Below, one piece after another: positions 26,068 through 39,317 of a stretch of 64,000 nucleotides of DNA. Both the position numbers and the translations under genes were made by a program. The notes below the pieces were generated by a model that was given only the letters and a program-made list of their open reading frames with translations, was not told the origin of the DNA and did no database searches. Origin of the DNA: Octopus vulgaris (lineage: Eukaryota); contig OX597823.1 of NCBI GenBank assembly GCA_951406725.2, positions 39,680,001 to 39,744,000 of the forward strand, in the 5' to 3' direction. Each line of letters begins with the position of its first letter. The first letter of the stretch is position 1.

Positions 26068-26840
26068 ATTAGATATATTCAATATAATAAAGTATAAAAT
26101 ACAAAATAAGTATATATGTATACATGCAAAACGAGGGAACGCAAAAAGTGGAGACTTTCAAACGATGAATATCTCTCTATATATAAACGGCAGTTTGTCT
26201 GTGTGTGTGTCTGTGTGTCTGTTAGGTTGTACCCTCACCCTGACCACGGCTTTCAACCGATTCTGATGAAACTTGACACACACACATAGCCCAATGTCAT
26301 AATTCAAAACTAACGCAGCGAAAATTTTGAAAAGTTCCCCCAGTTCTGAAAAAAAATCGATAAATTCGACATGGGGTCGAGAATCAGAAACACAAACCAC
26401 AGACTGTCTAGGGGACGCAACTCTGCCTTTTTTACTCTCAAAAAAATTTACCATCATTTTTTTTCCATTTTTTGGCTATAACTCTCTAAAAATGCTTTAT
26501 AGTTATTTCCCTTACAAACCCGAGCAACGCCGGGCGATACTGCTAGTTTTAGTATAAATATAAAGATATTTATATTAATAGATCTAACTTAGACAGAGTA
26601 CAAACGGCAGAGAAAATTTAATGGGAGAAAGAAGGATGTTATAAGTCCAACAGCTGTTTCTGGGGATCGGAGCTCCATCATAATGTTTGTAGATGTAGTC
26701 CATCACAATATGCGGCCGATAAGGTGTTATTTATCGTTTGAAAGTATCCACTTTCTGCTTGCTCTCGTTTTGCATGTATATAACATATATATACATAATT
26801 TGTATTTCATACCGTAACTGTTATATCTAATATATCTAAT
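26068..26840. mobile_element. Inverted-repeat cassette (Penelope-like?) interrupted by a Helitron
   Basis: 26068-26171 is the diverged reverse complement of 26728-26840; the spacer carries minus-strand GAAACAGCTGTT. Confidence 0.6.
26172..26546 (+). mobile_element. Non-autonomous Helitron
   Basis: A|TC ... CTAG|T insertion with no TSD; subterminal hairpin CCCG-AGCAACGC-CGGG; GT-rich microsatellite near the 5' end; near-identical copy at 42547. Confidence 0.85.
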
Positions 26841-27478
26841 ATATTTATCGGCATTATAGCCTCCATGTCTGCTCATCATGATCCCTCTTATAGCCATTCT
26901 TTACCTTGCGGAATTGATCCCCTGCAAAGACACCAGAGTCTAAGCTTGAATCATTTGAGTGTCTTCACTTGAATCAAGTGTCTTCAATACTGAGAATCTC
27001 CGGATGTCATCTGTTGACTATATATGTATACATGTAAATATTTGCATCAGTTATATACAAAAACAATTTTAGATTAAACTGAAGGACAACTCAATACCTT
27101 TTTTGGTAGTTTACCTGTTTATGAAACTTTCACAAATCAAGGGTTGACAGTGACATCGGAGTTTCAGCTTACTCACCTTCGCAATATGAATCAGTATTTC
27201 ATGCAACACAAGTTTAATCTGCCAGCGTTTTTCTTTTAGAGAACATTGAACATTGCACACTGTTGGTCCAAATACTCCCTTCCCCTTTCTCTCGCTTTCT
27301 CTCTCTCTCTCTCTCTCACTCATTCTCTCTCCTCATATTTGTGTATCTCTCTCCCTGTATGTCTTTTGCCTATCTCTCTTAAGTGTTCGTTTGACGCAGC
27401 GGTTTATATCAATTACAGTTTTATAGAATAATATTTAAAAAATGAAATGTTTCACTACCACCATCACCACCACTACCA

Positions 27479-27480
<2 letters not shown>

Positions 27481-27567
<87 letters not shown>

Positions 27568-27589
27568 CACCACCACCACCACCACCACC

Positions 27590-27633
<44 letters not shown>
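27481..27633. repeat. (TAC)n(CAC)n(TAC)n
   Basis: Direct reading. Confidence 0.95.
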
Positions 27634-27635
<2 letters not shown>

Positions 27636-28436
27636 AGTTGTAGTAGTAGTATTAGTAGTTACATAATGAAGACGGCGGGTGATTCGAAAATATATTTATG
27701 TTATAAAGTCTCTTTTCTTTAATTCCTTGTGTTTTTTAAATGTTTTTATTGATTGTCTTTCATATTCTCATACCAGCGAGATAGTTTTCATTCGGCATTA
27801 AAACATATACATACATATTTATGTGTGTGTGTGTGTGTATAATATGATAGATATAATATAATGTGTGTGCACGTGTGTGTGTATATGTACTCTAAAGTAC
27901 TATAATGCTCTCTCTTCCCTTCCTTCCTATAATAACAAACACAGGTGCAGTGTTGCCAGGATGAATATTTTCAATGTATATGCAACACACACACATACAC
28001 ACACACTATGGAGTCATAATTATTATTTCAAGTATAAATATATGTATGTATGTATTTATGTATGTATGTATCTATGTATGTATGTGTGTATGTGTGTATG
28101 TGTGTATGTATGTATATACAAACACACACACACACACACATGCATATATATGCACACACATAAATATTTATAAAGTATGCGTGTTTATATATGCATATAT
28201 ATAATGTCCTTGCATATACATACGCACATGCACACAAACATACATATACATACATCTCTGTCTCTGTCTGTCTGTCTATCTGTCTGTGTCTGTCTCTCTC
28301 CCTATATATATATATATATACACACATACACACTAACATATATATACATATATATATCTATATATATACATAATGTATATACATATATACATATATATGT
28401 ATATATACATATATATATATACATAATGTATATACA

Positions 28437-28490
<54 letters not shown>

Positions 28491-29573
28491 TATATATGCA
28501 CACGCACTCATACACACATATCTAGTACTTGATGGCATCCAACTGATATTGAATGTAATTAACCGAAAGTACTCAATACGGTAACTGTGGAATAATATTT
28601 ATTTAAAACTGAATCTGAGTTTAGCTGTAACTCAGAGTTTTTACACTGAATTCAGCTGGCGATTCACTTACACATGCGCACACTCACGTACACGCACGCA
28701 CGCACGCACGCACACATGCACGCACACATAAAGACATGCATACACACATGTAAATAACACGAGTATCCCCCCCTCTCACTTTGCTCATGGGAGTTGTTGG
28801 TGGTGTTGTTGTTCCAGATGATGTTGATGATGATGATGCTGATGATGATGATGATGATGATGAAGATGAAGATGAAGAATGCTGACGACAACGATGACGA
28901 CGTTGATAACGCTCTAATGATTCTGCCAGCTCACTGCTTGTAATAGTTTTTAACAGAATAATAATCATTACGAACTGGACATTTTTTTCCTTATTATTGA
29001 TAATTGTTTTAAATCGATTTTGCAAGTATTGATTAAGAGAATGTAGTAAATAGATAATAAATAATAATTGACCATTTGGAAAGATCAAACTTATATTCAG
29101 CGGCAGATATTGAGATTTCTTGACTGTCAGTACGAAAGCCATTCGAACTGGAAACTGCAATTGCGTAAGGGTAAATATTAGAGAGATGCCAGAAAGTCTC
29201 AGTTAAATTCTTGGCATAACTTGTCTTCCATAATAAATAAACCTCTTCTGCAAACAAAGTTGTTACGACTCAGGCGTCCATGAAACTGGTTTGTTTTGAA
29301 TACTCTGCCGTCAACTAAAAAAGAAAACGACGTGTTGCATCACGTAATCTTAGATAGTACGGCCCGAATATAAAAGGAATGGTCACAGCTGGAGTGACTG
29401 AGATTATAGGCTATTCAGAGCAAACCTGGGTAATTAACAACAATGACGATGACGACAACAACAGCAACAACAAGTTTAGTATTGTAATAACCTATGATAC
29501 TATATCGCCGCTTTAATCTTACCTTCTTACATATGGTATATCAGCAAATGGTTTTTACACTCACTATTTGTAT

Positions 29574-29823
29574 ATAGCAGCCATGATCTGACTCTAAAAC
29601 CACCTTAATTGTCCATATATCAACACGGATAGAAAACAAAGAGACAAGATGAAACTAGTAAAAAATACTGGACGAGGCAAAGCATTACTAAATGCAAATC
29701 CAGACATCCGGGATCTAGAATTATCCAGTAATTTTTTACTAGTTTCATCTTGTCTCTTTGTTTTCTCTCCGTGTTGATATATGTATAATTAAGGTGGTTT
29801 TAGAGTCAGACCATGGCTGCTAT
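29574..29823. repeat. ~100-bp inverted repeat enclosing a decayed hammerhead-like loop
   Basis: Arms 29574-29672 and 29724-29823; 51-nt spacer. Confidence 0.85.
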
Positions 29824-30046
29824 TTTCAGCATGGTGGTGTCTCGTAGATACCCTAATTTATAATTTCATATATATATAATTAGAAATATTGCATTTCTAA
29901 ATCTCCCAGAGAGAATTATACAGCAAAAGAAAGAATGCTACTGCTTTAATGTCTTTATTATTCTTTGTATATCGACCTGCTTAACTTACATTAATTATAT
30001 ATATATATTAAGAACTTAACTTAGAAATGGATGCGTGCGTTCCGTC

Positions 30047-30589
30047 ATATAATAACAAATTAATAAATAAAACATATGCATATATACATGCATATATGTA
30101 CGTACCTACATCTACATGTATATATACATGCATATATGGGTACAGGACATTGTTTGTGTTACTGTTATTCTCCTTGCCCTGTCTTTTATTGTTTATAATT
30201 TGTACTGTCTTTACTGTCCTGTTTTTGTTACCATTTTTACCCCTCCGCAAAAAACTCTCAAATTTTATTTAATTTGCTTTTTGCGGGAAGGAATGTTTCA
30301 CCGAAGTCGTGCCTCGCCTTGACCTTCGAAACGCGGAGTAGATGAAACAGAGGTGACTGAAGAAGGGGAATTTTCCTTTTGTTATATGTCCTGCACTCTA
30401 TTTTTTCGTTGTTTAAGAAAAATATCCATTTCCTTGGTTTTGTGTTTATGTTTTCGTTTCTCATTGTGTTCGACGTTTGTTTGGTGTCCTGTACCCAAAT
30501 ATGCATGTATATATACATGTAGATGTAGGTACGTATATATATATGTATGTATATATGCATATGTTTTATTTATTAATTTGCTATTATAT
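30047..30589. mobile_element. Inverted-repeat cassette (~103-bp arms) next to (TA)n, Penelope-like fragment
   Basis: Arms 30047-30149 and 30485-30589. The spacer shares AAGCAAATTAAATAAAATTTG..TTTGCGGAGGG..AAAAT.GTAACAAAAACAGG (reverse strand) with 36560-36620. Confidence 0.65.
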
Positions 30590-30974
30590 ATATATATCAG
30601 TTTGACTCATCTTCTCATGATTTAAAGTTCACGGATGTGTCCTATGTTCCCACAAAACTTTAAGTCATGTGGATCTGGGTCTAACTGTTACTAAATATTT
30701 GTAACGCCAACTAAACGTGTTGAGTGCTATTTTCTTTCGTCTGTTCGCTCAGTACAGCATTATATATTTGAACAGAAATGAATAGAAATGGCTTTACTGA
30801 TAGATTATCCCCCTCTAATAATTAGATGTTTATGAATCACTAGGTGTTTACAAAACGTTAATTCCTTCATGTATATAGCTGTTACATTTTACCATTTTAC
30901 CAGTTTCTTATGAAAGTTTGTTACTTAAAGACAAAATGTGATTTCAACTTCAAATCACTGTTGAGCTAAACTGG

Positions 30975-31168
30975 GTTCAAATTTTAGCACAAAGCCAGCA
31001 ATTTCGGAGTTGGGGTTAGTCGATTACATCGACCCAAGTGCTCAACTGGTACCTATTTTATCGACTCCGAAAGGATGAAAGGTAAAGTCTACGTTGGCGG
31101 ATTTGAACTCAGAACGTAAAAATGGATGAAATGCCGCTTACCTGGCGTGCTAACAATTCTACCAGCTT
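30975..31168 (-). mobile_element. SINE family A (tail 2)
   Basis: Reverse complement of core and head. Confidence 0.75.
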
Positions 31169-31354
31169 GAGACGAATCTTTGTTTCTTCGTTTCGGAAAG
31201 GAAGCATACAAAAATTTAAAAAAAGATACGAAAGAAAAAAACATCTGGAACTGTATATTAAATAAAAAGAAAACAAGCATATCGGAGAGCCTTGTAAAAT
31301 GAAAACTTAACCAGCGATTATGAACAGTGGAGGAGCAGAAGAGGAATACTCAGG

Positions 31355-31704
31355 ACGAAAGGTGTTCCTCCATCAGGATAATGCTCGGCCGCATACAGCG
31401 AGGATGACATTCCAAAGGCTGGAGCAGTTTGAATAGGAAATGATACTCCACCCACCGTATTCACCTGACATTGCTCCATCTGATTTTCGTTTATTCCGCA
31501 GTCGTCAAAATCATTCGGACGAGAAAAATATGAATTCTGTAGACGAAGTCAGAACAGTACTGGAGGAGTATTTTTCGTCACGGATAAATGAATTTTGGAA
31601 GAGGGCCCTTGCAAATCTACCAGATAAATGGAAGAGCATTGTAGAAAATGAAGGAGAGTATATCTTAGATAAAAAAAAAACACATTATTTATGGGATGAC
31701 CCAA
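31355..31704 (+). pseudogene. Mariner transposase 3' fragment with right TIR
   Basis: FLHQDNARPHTAR...HPPYSPDIAPSDFRLFRSRQN...LPDKWKSIVENEGEYI; in-frame stop upstream; TIR-like CATTATTTATGGGATGACCCAA. Confidence 0.9.
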
Positions 31705-31979
31705 AAGATTGCAAGAACAGAAAACTTACGTATAGTGTGAGCAGTATTGTCTAGGGCTATTTTCTGGACTTCGTATATCCTAGGATTTTTCCGGAAATAT
31801 TTTGCAATGTCACTGTCTGTTTTCATTATGATCGCTAATACTCCAACTACAACTAGTATTGTTTCCGTTTTTAAAATAGGCAGATCTGGCGTTTGGTGTT
31901 CTTTAAAAGAAAAAGATGAAAAGAAGGAGGCAGAGGAGGAGGAGGAGAAAAACAAGAACAAGAAGAAGAACAATAATAC

Positions 31980-32500
31980 TGATTTCTAAATTTGGCACAA
32001 GGCCAGCAATTTCGAGAGAGAGTTTAAGTCGATTGCATCTACTCAAGTGTTCAACTATCGACCCCGAAAGGATGAAAGGCAAGATGATCTCACCGGAATT
32101 TGAACTCAGAACGTAAAGACGAGCGAAATGCCTCTAAGCATTTTGCCTGGCATTGCTAACGTTTCTGCCAGCTCGCTGCCTAAAATAACAATCAACTTCA
32201 CTTTCCCATCAAACGCTGCAGGCCCTGTACTTGAATTTGAAACCATTATTTGTTTGTTTGTTTAATTATTTATTTATTATTAAGGTGATGGGTTGCTAGA
32301 ATTGTTAACAAGCAGGATAAAATGCTTCACGGCACTTCGCCCAGCTTCACGTTCTAGGTTCAAATTCCGCTGAGGTCGACATTATATTTTATCCTTTCGA
32401 GGTCGATGAAATGAATACCAGTTACTCACTGGGTCGATGAAATTGATAAGTCACCTTCCCCAAAATTTCAGGTCTTGTGCCTATAGTAGAAAGGATTATT
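31980..32500. mobile_element. Divergent pair of SINE A copies (- 31980-32180, + 32283-32500)
   Basis: Family A cores in opposite orientation. Confidence 0.75.
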
Positions 32501-32911
32501 GTTATTATTATTGTTTTTGTTGTTGTTGTTGTTGTTGTTATTATTATTGTTCCATGATGGCAGCTCAGTTCTTTCAAATGGAAAAGCGCCAAACTAGATG
32601 TGCTGCGCTATCTAGTTTCCTGTCCCAATCCTGTGAAACAGGAAAGAAGTTATCAAGTCTTAACGTTGAGTGTGTTCACTAATACAGATAGTTTCTACTC
32701 TTCACTGCTTGTTCTTTGGCAGGATTAGAATAGAAGGTAATATGAGATAATATAACATAAATAAGAGTGGATGTTTAAATACATACACACACGCACGACG
32801 CACACAAACACTCACACTCACACACACACATGTATGTATATGTATATATATATATGTATGTATATATATATATCATATATATATGTATATATACATACAT
32901 ATATGCATGCC

Positions 32912-32949
<38 letters not shown>

Positions 32950-32970
32950 CATGTTTGTATATATATACAT

Positions 32971-33017
<47 letters not shown>

Positions 33018-33816
33018 GAGAGAGAGAGAGACATATATACATTTGTGTGTGCGTGTGAGGTGGGTATCAGAGATCTGATAAGCAGATAGCTACTACTGGT
33101 CGTTATATACGACAGTATAGTAGAAGTTGGGCATGGTCGGGCCGACGGCAACTAAACCGACAACTTTACCGAGCTTGGTTGGTGATTTTTGGACACTGTG
33201 CTGGGCGAAAATACAAAACTTATTAAATGACAGGTGGTCTCATGGGAGTATGTATGTACACACTCATATTATTTAAAGTAGTTTGATTCGGCTTTATGCA
33301 ACTTAAAGTTTCGCAGGCTTCTGACGGGAAGCCAGCTCGTTCAATCACAGATTACCGAATGGAGAAATTCAGGAAGTCCAAGATAGCTACTGAAAGTCCA
33401 AGATGGGTACTGAACATTGGGCAGTTGGGAAGATGGCCTGATTACCAAACGCAGAAGAAGAATGCTATACTTGGTAAAAAAAAGAAAAGTGTTATACAAC
33501 AGACACATAAATAATTCGTTGAGGAGGAACCCAAGAAAATGGAAGAACCAATGGAATGGTTATATGATACTTTTCAGGTACCAATGACACAACAAATAAT
33601 TGAACACAGATGCACAAGTGAAAGAAAAAGAAAATGTACGGAGTTCCTGGAAGTGGATGCCAAAGGAAAAGAATATTAAATTTATAATTGTATAGAAAAG
33701 AACATGAAAAAAGGGAGGTGGGGTAATGTAAAAATTATTGTTAATAAGAAGAAATCAAATCACACTCCCTAAGAAAAAACTTAAAAGGGAAGATGTTATG
33801 GGGATAATAATAATAT

Positions 33817-33926
<110 letters not shown>

Positions 33927-35019
33927 GAACACCATTCCCACGTGACGAGTAGTATGTGATAGTCGTTACAAATACTGTGACGTCAAGTCGTGGTAGTTGA
34001 TCATAGATAGTCCTGTCTTACTTGTCTAACTAACTATACTGCAATACCGGAGTGGATGTTATAACAGTCCGACGTTGGACCACAACAAGCACCATGTGAC
34101 CCACCTTGACCAATAGCAGCGAATTTTTCAGGACCCATCTTTGACTTTCAGTAGCCATCTTATTGACATAGCATGTATATATACATTTAGCATGCACGTA
34201 GCCTCTCTTCAGCTGTGCTTCATAAACAAGATTTATATCAAAATTGTTTTTGTTATTTGCATTTTTTCATCATATATAGTGGGCATGTATTGTATGCATC
34301 GCAAGCATTACATTCATGTAGGAAAATCCGAAAAGCATCACTAATGCAAACATACATGAGAGAGAGAGGAGAGAGGGGGAGAGAGGGAGAGAAAGAAATT
34401 GGTATACCTGTGTGTATACATATGTGTGTATGCGTGTATACACGTATACACACACACACACATATATACTTACACATACATATATGCATATGCATAAATA
34501 TGTACTTAAATGTATGCAATACATGCATGTTTGTATATATATATATATATATATATATTGGCGAATTAGGAAATATATTTTTCCCTATAATGTATTGATA
34601 TTTTTCACTTTTCAGTTGCTAACACAAAGAATATGCTGTTTTTGCGCGCGCGTGTGTATACACGTATACACACACATAGATATATGCGTAAGTATATACT
34701 TAAATGTATACACTACATGTATGCATGTTTATATATATATTTACACTTTCAGGCATACATATATGCATATATCTACATGTGTGTGTGTGTGTGGTCTTCT
34801 TTTATATGTGTATTTTTTTTCAGTTCCACCCATAAAGAGGTGTTACGGTTTAAGTAAGAGACGAAGTTCCTTCATTGGAATCCAGACAGTAACAACAATA
34901 TAGAATTACATGGTAAACCTTTAAAAAATGGCTGACATATTTTTAGTGTCCTGTTTACAATATAGCTTCTAATTTACTTCGTTCTTTACTTAAAAACCTC
35001 AAATATTCAAGGTTTGCTA

Positions 35020-35500
35020 ACATATATCAACTGCACCAATAATAACTGATTCAAATGTAAATATAAACTCATCTTAGAGAAGTGTACAAGTTCCGCAGCA
35101 TTTATAAATAAATGTTCTCTTTTTCACTGGTTTTGAATAAGTTCTCATCCGTTAAGCAGCCAACTTCCACAAGAATACCATTTAATTTTCCGTTCCAGAT
35201 GACAATGTCGGGCGTCTTAAGTTTACATTCGGTAAATTTTGAAGAGGAATGTTCCACTAAATTTTCTGTATTGAAATGTGTAGGCATACTTATATCAGCG
35301 ATGTTTTTGTTACTTCCCCAGAAAAGTATTTCTTTCCTATAGCATTTTGTGTTGTTTTAGCAAAAATGTTCATGTTGCAGAAGCAAGTAACGCTTTTATT
35401 ATAGTTTGACGCAGCAGTTAATTCATTATATCTGTGGCACGTTCTAAAAACTGTTATACAATCAACATTTTCGATCCCTTCTCGGTAGATTAGGGTGATG
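35020..35500 (-). pseudogene. Old R4/Dong-like LINE RLE-domain fragment
   Basis: TPDIVIWN..ILVEVGC..DEN...EKENIY resembles the 53387-53887 peptide. Confidence 0.6.
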
Positions 35501-35785
35501 TTATAATTCATAGGTTTTTACAACCACTCCACCAAAATATTTGAGAAAACTTTTTATCATTCCTTTCACTTTAATAACGACTAAAAACAATAGAGTTGAC
35601 AATTAGGTAATACTTCTTTATTTGCCACGTTTAGGGACAAGTTTACAAGAGTTAAAAATTATTAATATCTATTAAAATGGTGATTTTTCTCCTTTCAAAT
35701 CCTTACAGTCCTAATCGTCATATGAATCACTAGTTTAGAGATTTCATTATCATATTTGCTAATAAGATATTTGTAGCCGTCTTTT

Positions 35786-35920
35786 GCGAAGGCGTGTGGC
35801 TTAGCAGCTAGGGTGTTGCATTCATGACCACAAGGTCGTGGTTTCGATTTCCTGACCGGGCGGTGCGTGGTATACTTGAGCAAAACATTTCACGTTTGCT
35901 TCACTCCACTCACCTTGTGA
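35786..35920 (+). mobile_element. SINE family C head
   Basis: GAAGGCGTGTGGCTTAGCAGCTAGGG..GTTTCGATTTCC..CTTGAGCAAAACA. Confidence 0.65.
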
Positions 35921-36359
35921 CCTCTGTTACTTACACCCCATGGAAATCGAGTAGCAGAAATATGAATCTTGAGACATAAGGCAGTAGGGTCCAGAGAGCT
36001 TACTTACACTCATCCTTAGATCACAATGGTATCATATTTAAAATATAGCTACGTGAAGCGCTGATAATCCAAAAGTTTCTGTTGTCTCTGTCAGCAGGTT
36101 TATCGTTCTAAATTTACGTATGTATGTATGCATGTATGTATATGTGTGTGTGCATGTATCTATATATATATATATATATATATATAAAGAGAGAGAGAGA
36201 GTGAGAGAGAGAGAGAGAGAGATAAAACTTACTTAGAAAAGGATGCGTGGCGTTCAATCATATAAAAATATAAATAATATATATATATATGCATATATAC
36301 ATACGTATATGTACACGCTTACATATATACGTATATACATATGCGCATGTGCGCACAGG

Positions 36360-36690
36360 ACGTCACGGAATGTAAACAACATAAAAAAAACGAAAACATG
36401 AGATACGAATTACGAATACATGGAATATGAATTTTTTTGCAGTAACGAAAGAAACAAATGGAAAGCAAGGCAAATAACATAACGAACGGCTGTTTTTCTC
36501 ATCCGTATTCCATGCAATTCAATGACGAGATATGCCTTCGATAAAACAATTGCTGCCGCAAAGCAAATTAAATAAAATTTGGGACTTTGCGGAGGGTCGA
36601 AAATAGTAACAAAAACAGGTCGGTGAAAACGAGCAGGAAGAACTGCTAAGCCTAAACGAGGCAAGGTGGCGAACGCGCAGAAACAATCTT
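36360..36690 (+). mobile_element. Dispersed repeat related to the 30150-30480 spacer
   Basis: Shared ~60-bp block in opposite orientation. Confidence 0.55.
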
Positions 36691-36739
36691 GGTCTCCTGT
36701 CCAGTTGTATCTTCTCTCAATAAGAGAGAGACAAATACT

Positions 36740-37055
36740 GTCAGATCAAATGACATAAAAGTTGTGAGTAAAGAGGTTGAAAAAAAAATCATCAACTACT
36801 CCGAACTGAAAGTGGAAATGGCAAGACTGCATGGAATACGAGAGAGTAATGTAAAAGTGATACTAGTGGTGATCGGAGCGTTGGGTTCAATCACATTGAA
36901 ACTTCAAAATTTCTTAACGCAATTGGAGATTGATGTCTTGCATAAAGCAGCATTATTGGGCACAGCGCACATCTTAAGGAAAGTATTATCTGTCTGAGGT
37001 CCTTGTTGTGACTTGACAAAGGATTGTTAATTTTTACCGACACTGTGTTACGAAG

Positions 37056-37057
<2 letters not shown>
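36740..37057 (+). pseudogene. R4/Dong-type LINE 3' end inserted at (AAT)n
   Basis: KEVEK..NYSELKVEMARL...VILVVIGALG...LHKAALLGTAHILRKVL* is a typical R4-clade C-terminus, followed by a short 3'UTR and (AAT)n. Confidence 0.85.
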
Positions 37058-37094
<37 letters not shown>

Positions 37095-37117
37095 TAACAA
37101 TAATAATAATAATAATG

Positions 37118-37193
<76 letters not shown>

Positions 37194-37213
37194 TATTAAT
37201 AATAATAATAATA

Positions 37214-37285
<72 letters not shown>

Positions 37286-37320
37286 GTAATTATTATTATT
37301 GTAATTATTATTATAGTATT
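37058..37320. repeat. (AAT)n switching to (ATT)n
   Basis: Direct reading; strand switch at ~37213. Confidence 0.95.
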
Positions 37321-37494
37321 ATTATATTTAAATAAATATTGAAGGACGCGCGCGCACACACATACACGCACATAATAAACATGCTTTCAACAACTTAATC
37401 TGTAGGAGTATCTCAGCCGATTAATATGTAATGTCCTTTGCCCTGAAGATATTTCACTTAAGGTCTTCAAAATGCAAACTTATATCATATATCA

Positions 37495-37573
<79 letters not shown>

Positions 37574-37863
37574 CATTATTATTATTATTATTACTATTAT
37601 TATTATTATTATTACTATTATTACTATTATTATTATTATATTTTGCAATTTGTATCGGGTGTGAATAGAAACAACCGTAGAGAATATTAATTAATAAATT
37701 AATGTATTTCCATTAAATCTCTCCATTTTCATACTTAATAATAATATCTGACATTTTTATAATGTGTTTATTTAAGAAATATCTCTTCGAAATATAATAT
37801 TTTAAACCAGTGTAACTTGGACAAAACTATCCCTATAAGACGTTTAAATATCCTCATAGTGAC

Positions 37864-37920
<57 letters not shown>

Positions 37921-37924
<4 letters not shown>

Positions 37925-38016
37925 TAATCCAAACATGAAAACACAAAAAAACAAAAAACACAATAACGCGAGGACGTGGAACAAATAAAGTATTATTAGA
38001 CGCTCAGGAAAGAAGG

Positions 38017-38017
<1 letters not shown>
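37921..38017 (+). mobile_element. Short fragment between (TA)n tracts, related to the 3485 and 48140 family
   Basis: Shares the TATT..GACGCTCAGG motif; truncated before the hammerhead-like part. Confidence 0.45.
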
Positions 38018-38047
<30 letters not shown>

Positions 38048-38287
38048 CTGTTGTGTCTGAGAAGAGTCATTTTCTATTTGTGCCTTATAATGTAACACAC
38101 ACACCGGTAAAATTTCCGTTGCGTCTTGCAACCTTTTCAGTAAGTCAAGACTATTGATTATTGAAAAGGTTGCAAGACGCAACAAAAATTTTAGGAAAAT
38201 AACAATAAGAAATAAGTGGAAATTTTACCGGTGAGTGTGTTAAATAATAAGGCACAAAAAGAAAATGACTCTCCCCAGACACAACAG
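38048..38287. mobile_element. Palindromic (inverted dimer) copy of the 20126 repeat
   Basis: Arms 38048-38139 (internally deleted) and 38162-38287. Confidence 0.8.
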
Positions 38288-38511
38288 AATATGCTTCAAC
38301 ACACAAACTCATATAAAGAATCTTGCAAACCAGATCCAAAAACGAAATATATATATATATACGTACAGATCGATAGGTATATGTATATGTATATTTATAT
38401 GTATGTATGATGTATGCAAAAACGCACACACACACACACTTATACAATATCTGCATATGAGAATGATTGTGTGTATGTGTATGCGCGTGTGTGTATTTGT
38501 GTGTGTGTGTA

Positions 38512-38551
<40 letters not shown>

Positions 38552-38993
38552 TGAGTGTGTGTGCGCGTGTGAATGTGTCTCACCGCGTGCGCGCGTACGT
38601 GTTTGTGTATATTTCGGTTGATACATCAACCAAAGATATCCACCTTTCTTCCGGTCACCTTAAAACCCGCGATAACTAAACCGAAATGTAGTAAAAGATG
38701 TGTTGATTCTTTAAAAGCGACCTAATTCGTATTTCCTCTTTTAATCCAGTCTATCTCGTCAGCCAAATCATCTTAAATACCAACAGGATGTTAACTTATC
38801 AGGTAGCAAGCTGTATTTTTAACAATATCCCAGATAATATAAAGGAAAATCGGAAATAAAGGAAGAAAGAAAGAAAAATGAACGGAAGAAATAAATATAA
38901 ATGAACACAACTCTGCCTCTCTCTCTCTTTCCCTGTTTGCATCACCCATACACATATGCATACATACATACATACATACATACATACATACAT

Positions 38994-39024
<31 letters not shown>

Positions 39025-39317
39025 CTCAGACAGACAGACAGACACTCAGGCAGACAGACACACAGACACTCAGACAGAACCAGAAGTAATCTGATGGTTT
39101 TACACCACTTTACGTATAGACATGAGCAATTTATTCAATTTGCATCAGGTTCGGTTCGGGTAAGTGACGTTGATGAACCACAAAAAAGGCGAAACATCGA
39201 TGTCCATCGCTTCTGAACGAGACTTGGGACAAGTAATCACACCAGTTTATCACTATGACTTTCAGGTGTTATAACACCCGGTTCTTTGAGAGAAAAAGGT
39301 AATTAAAATTCATTAAA

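Noticed and set aside
26262-26275. CTGATGAAAC inside the Helitron as a hammerhead core
   Set aside because: No stem II or supporting helices.
27110-27280. Possible minus-strand exon (GGTGAGTAAG donor at ~27170)
   Set aside because: No convincing acceptor, reading frame or recognisable protein.
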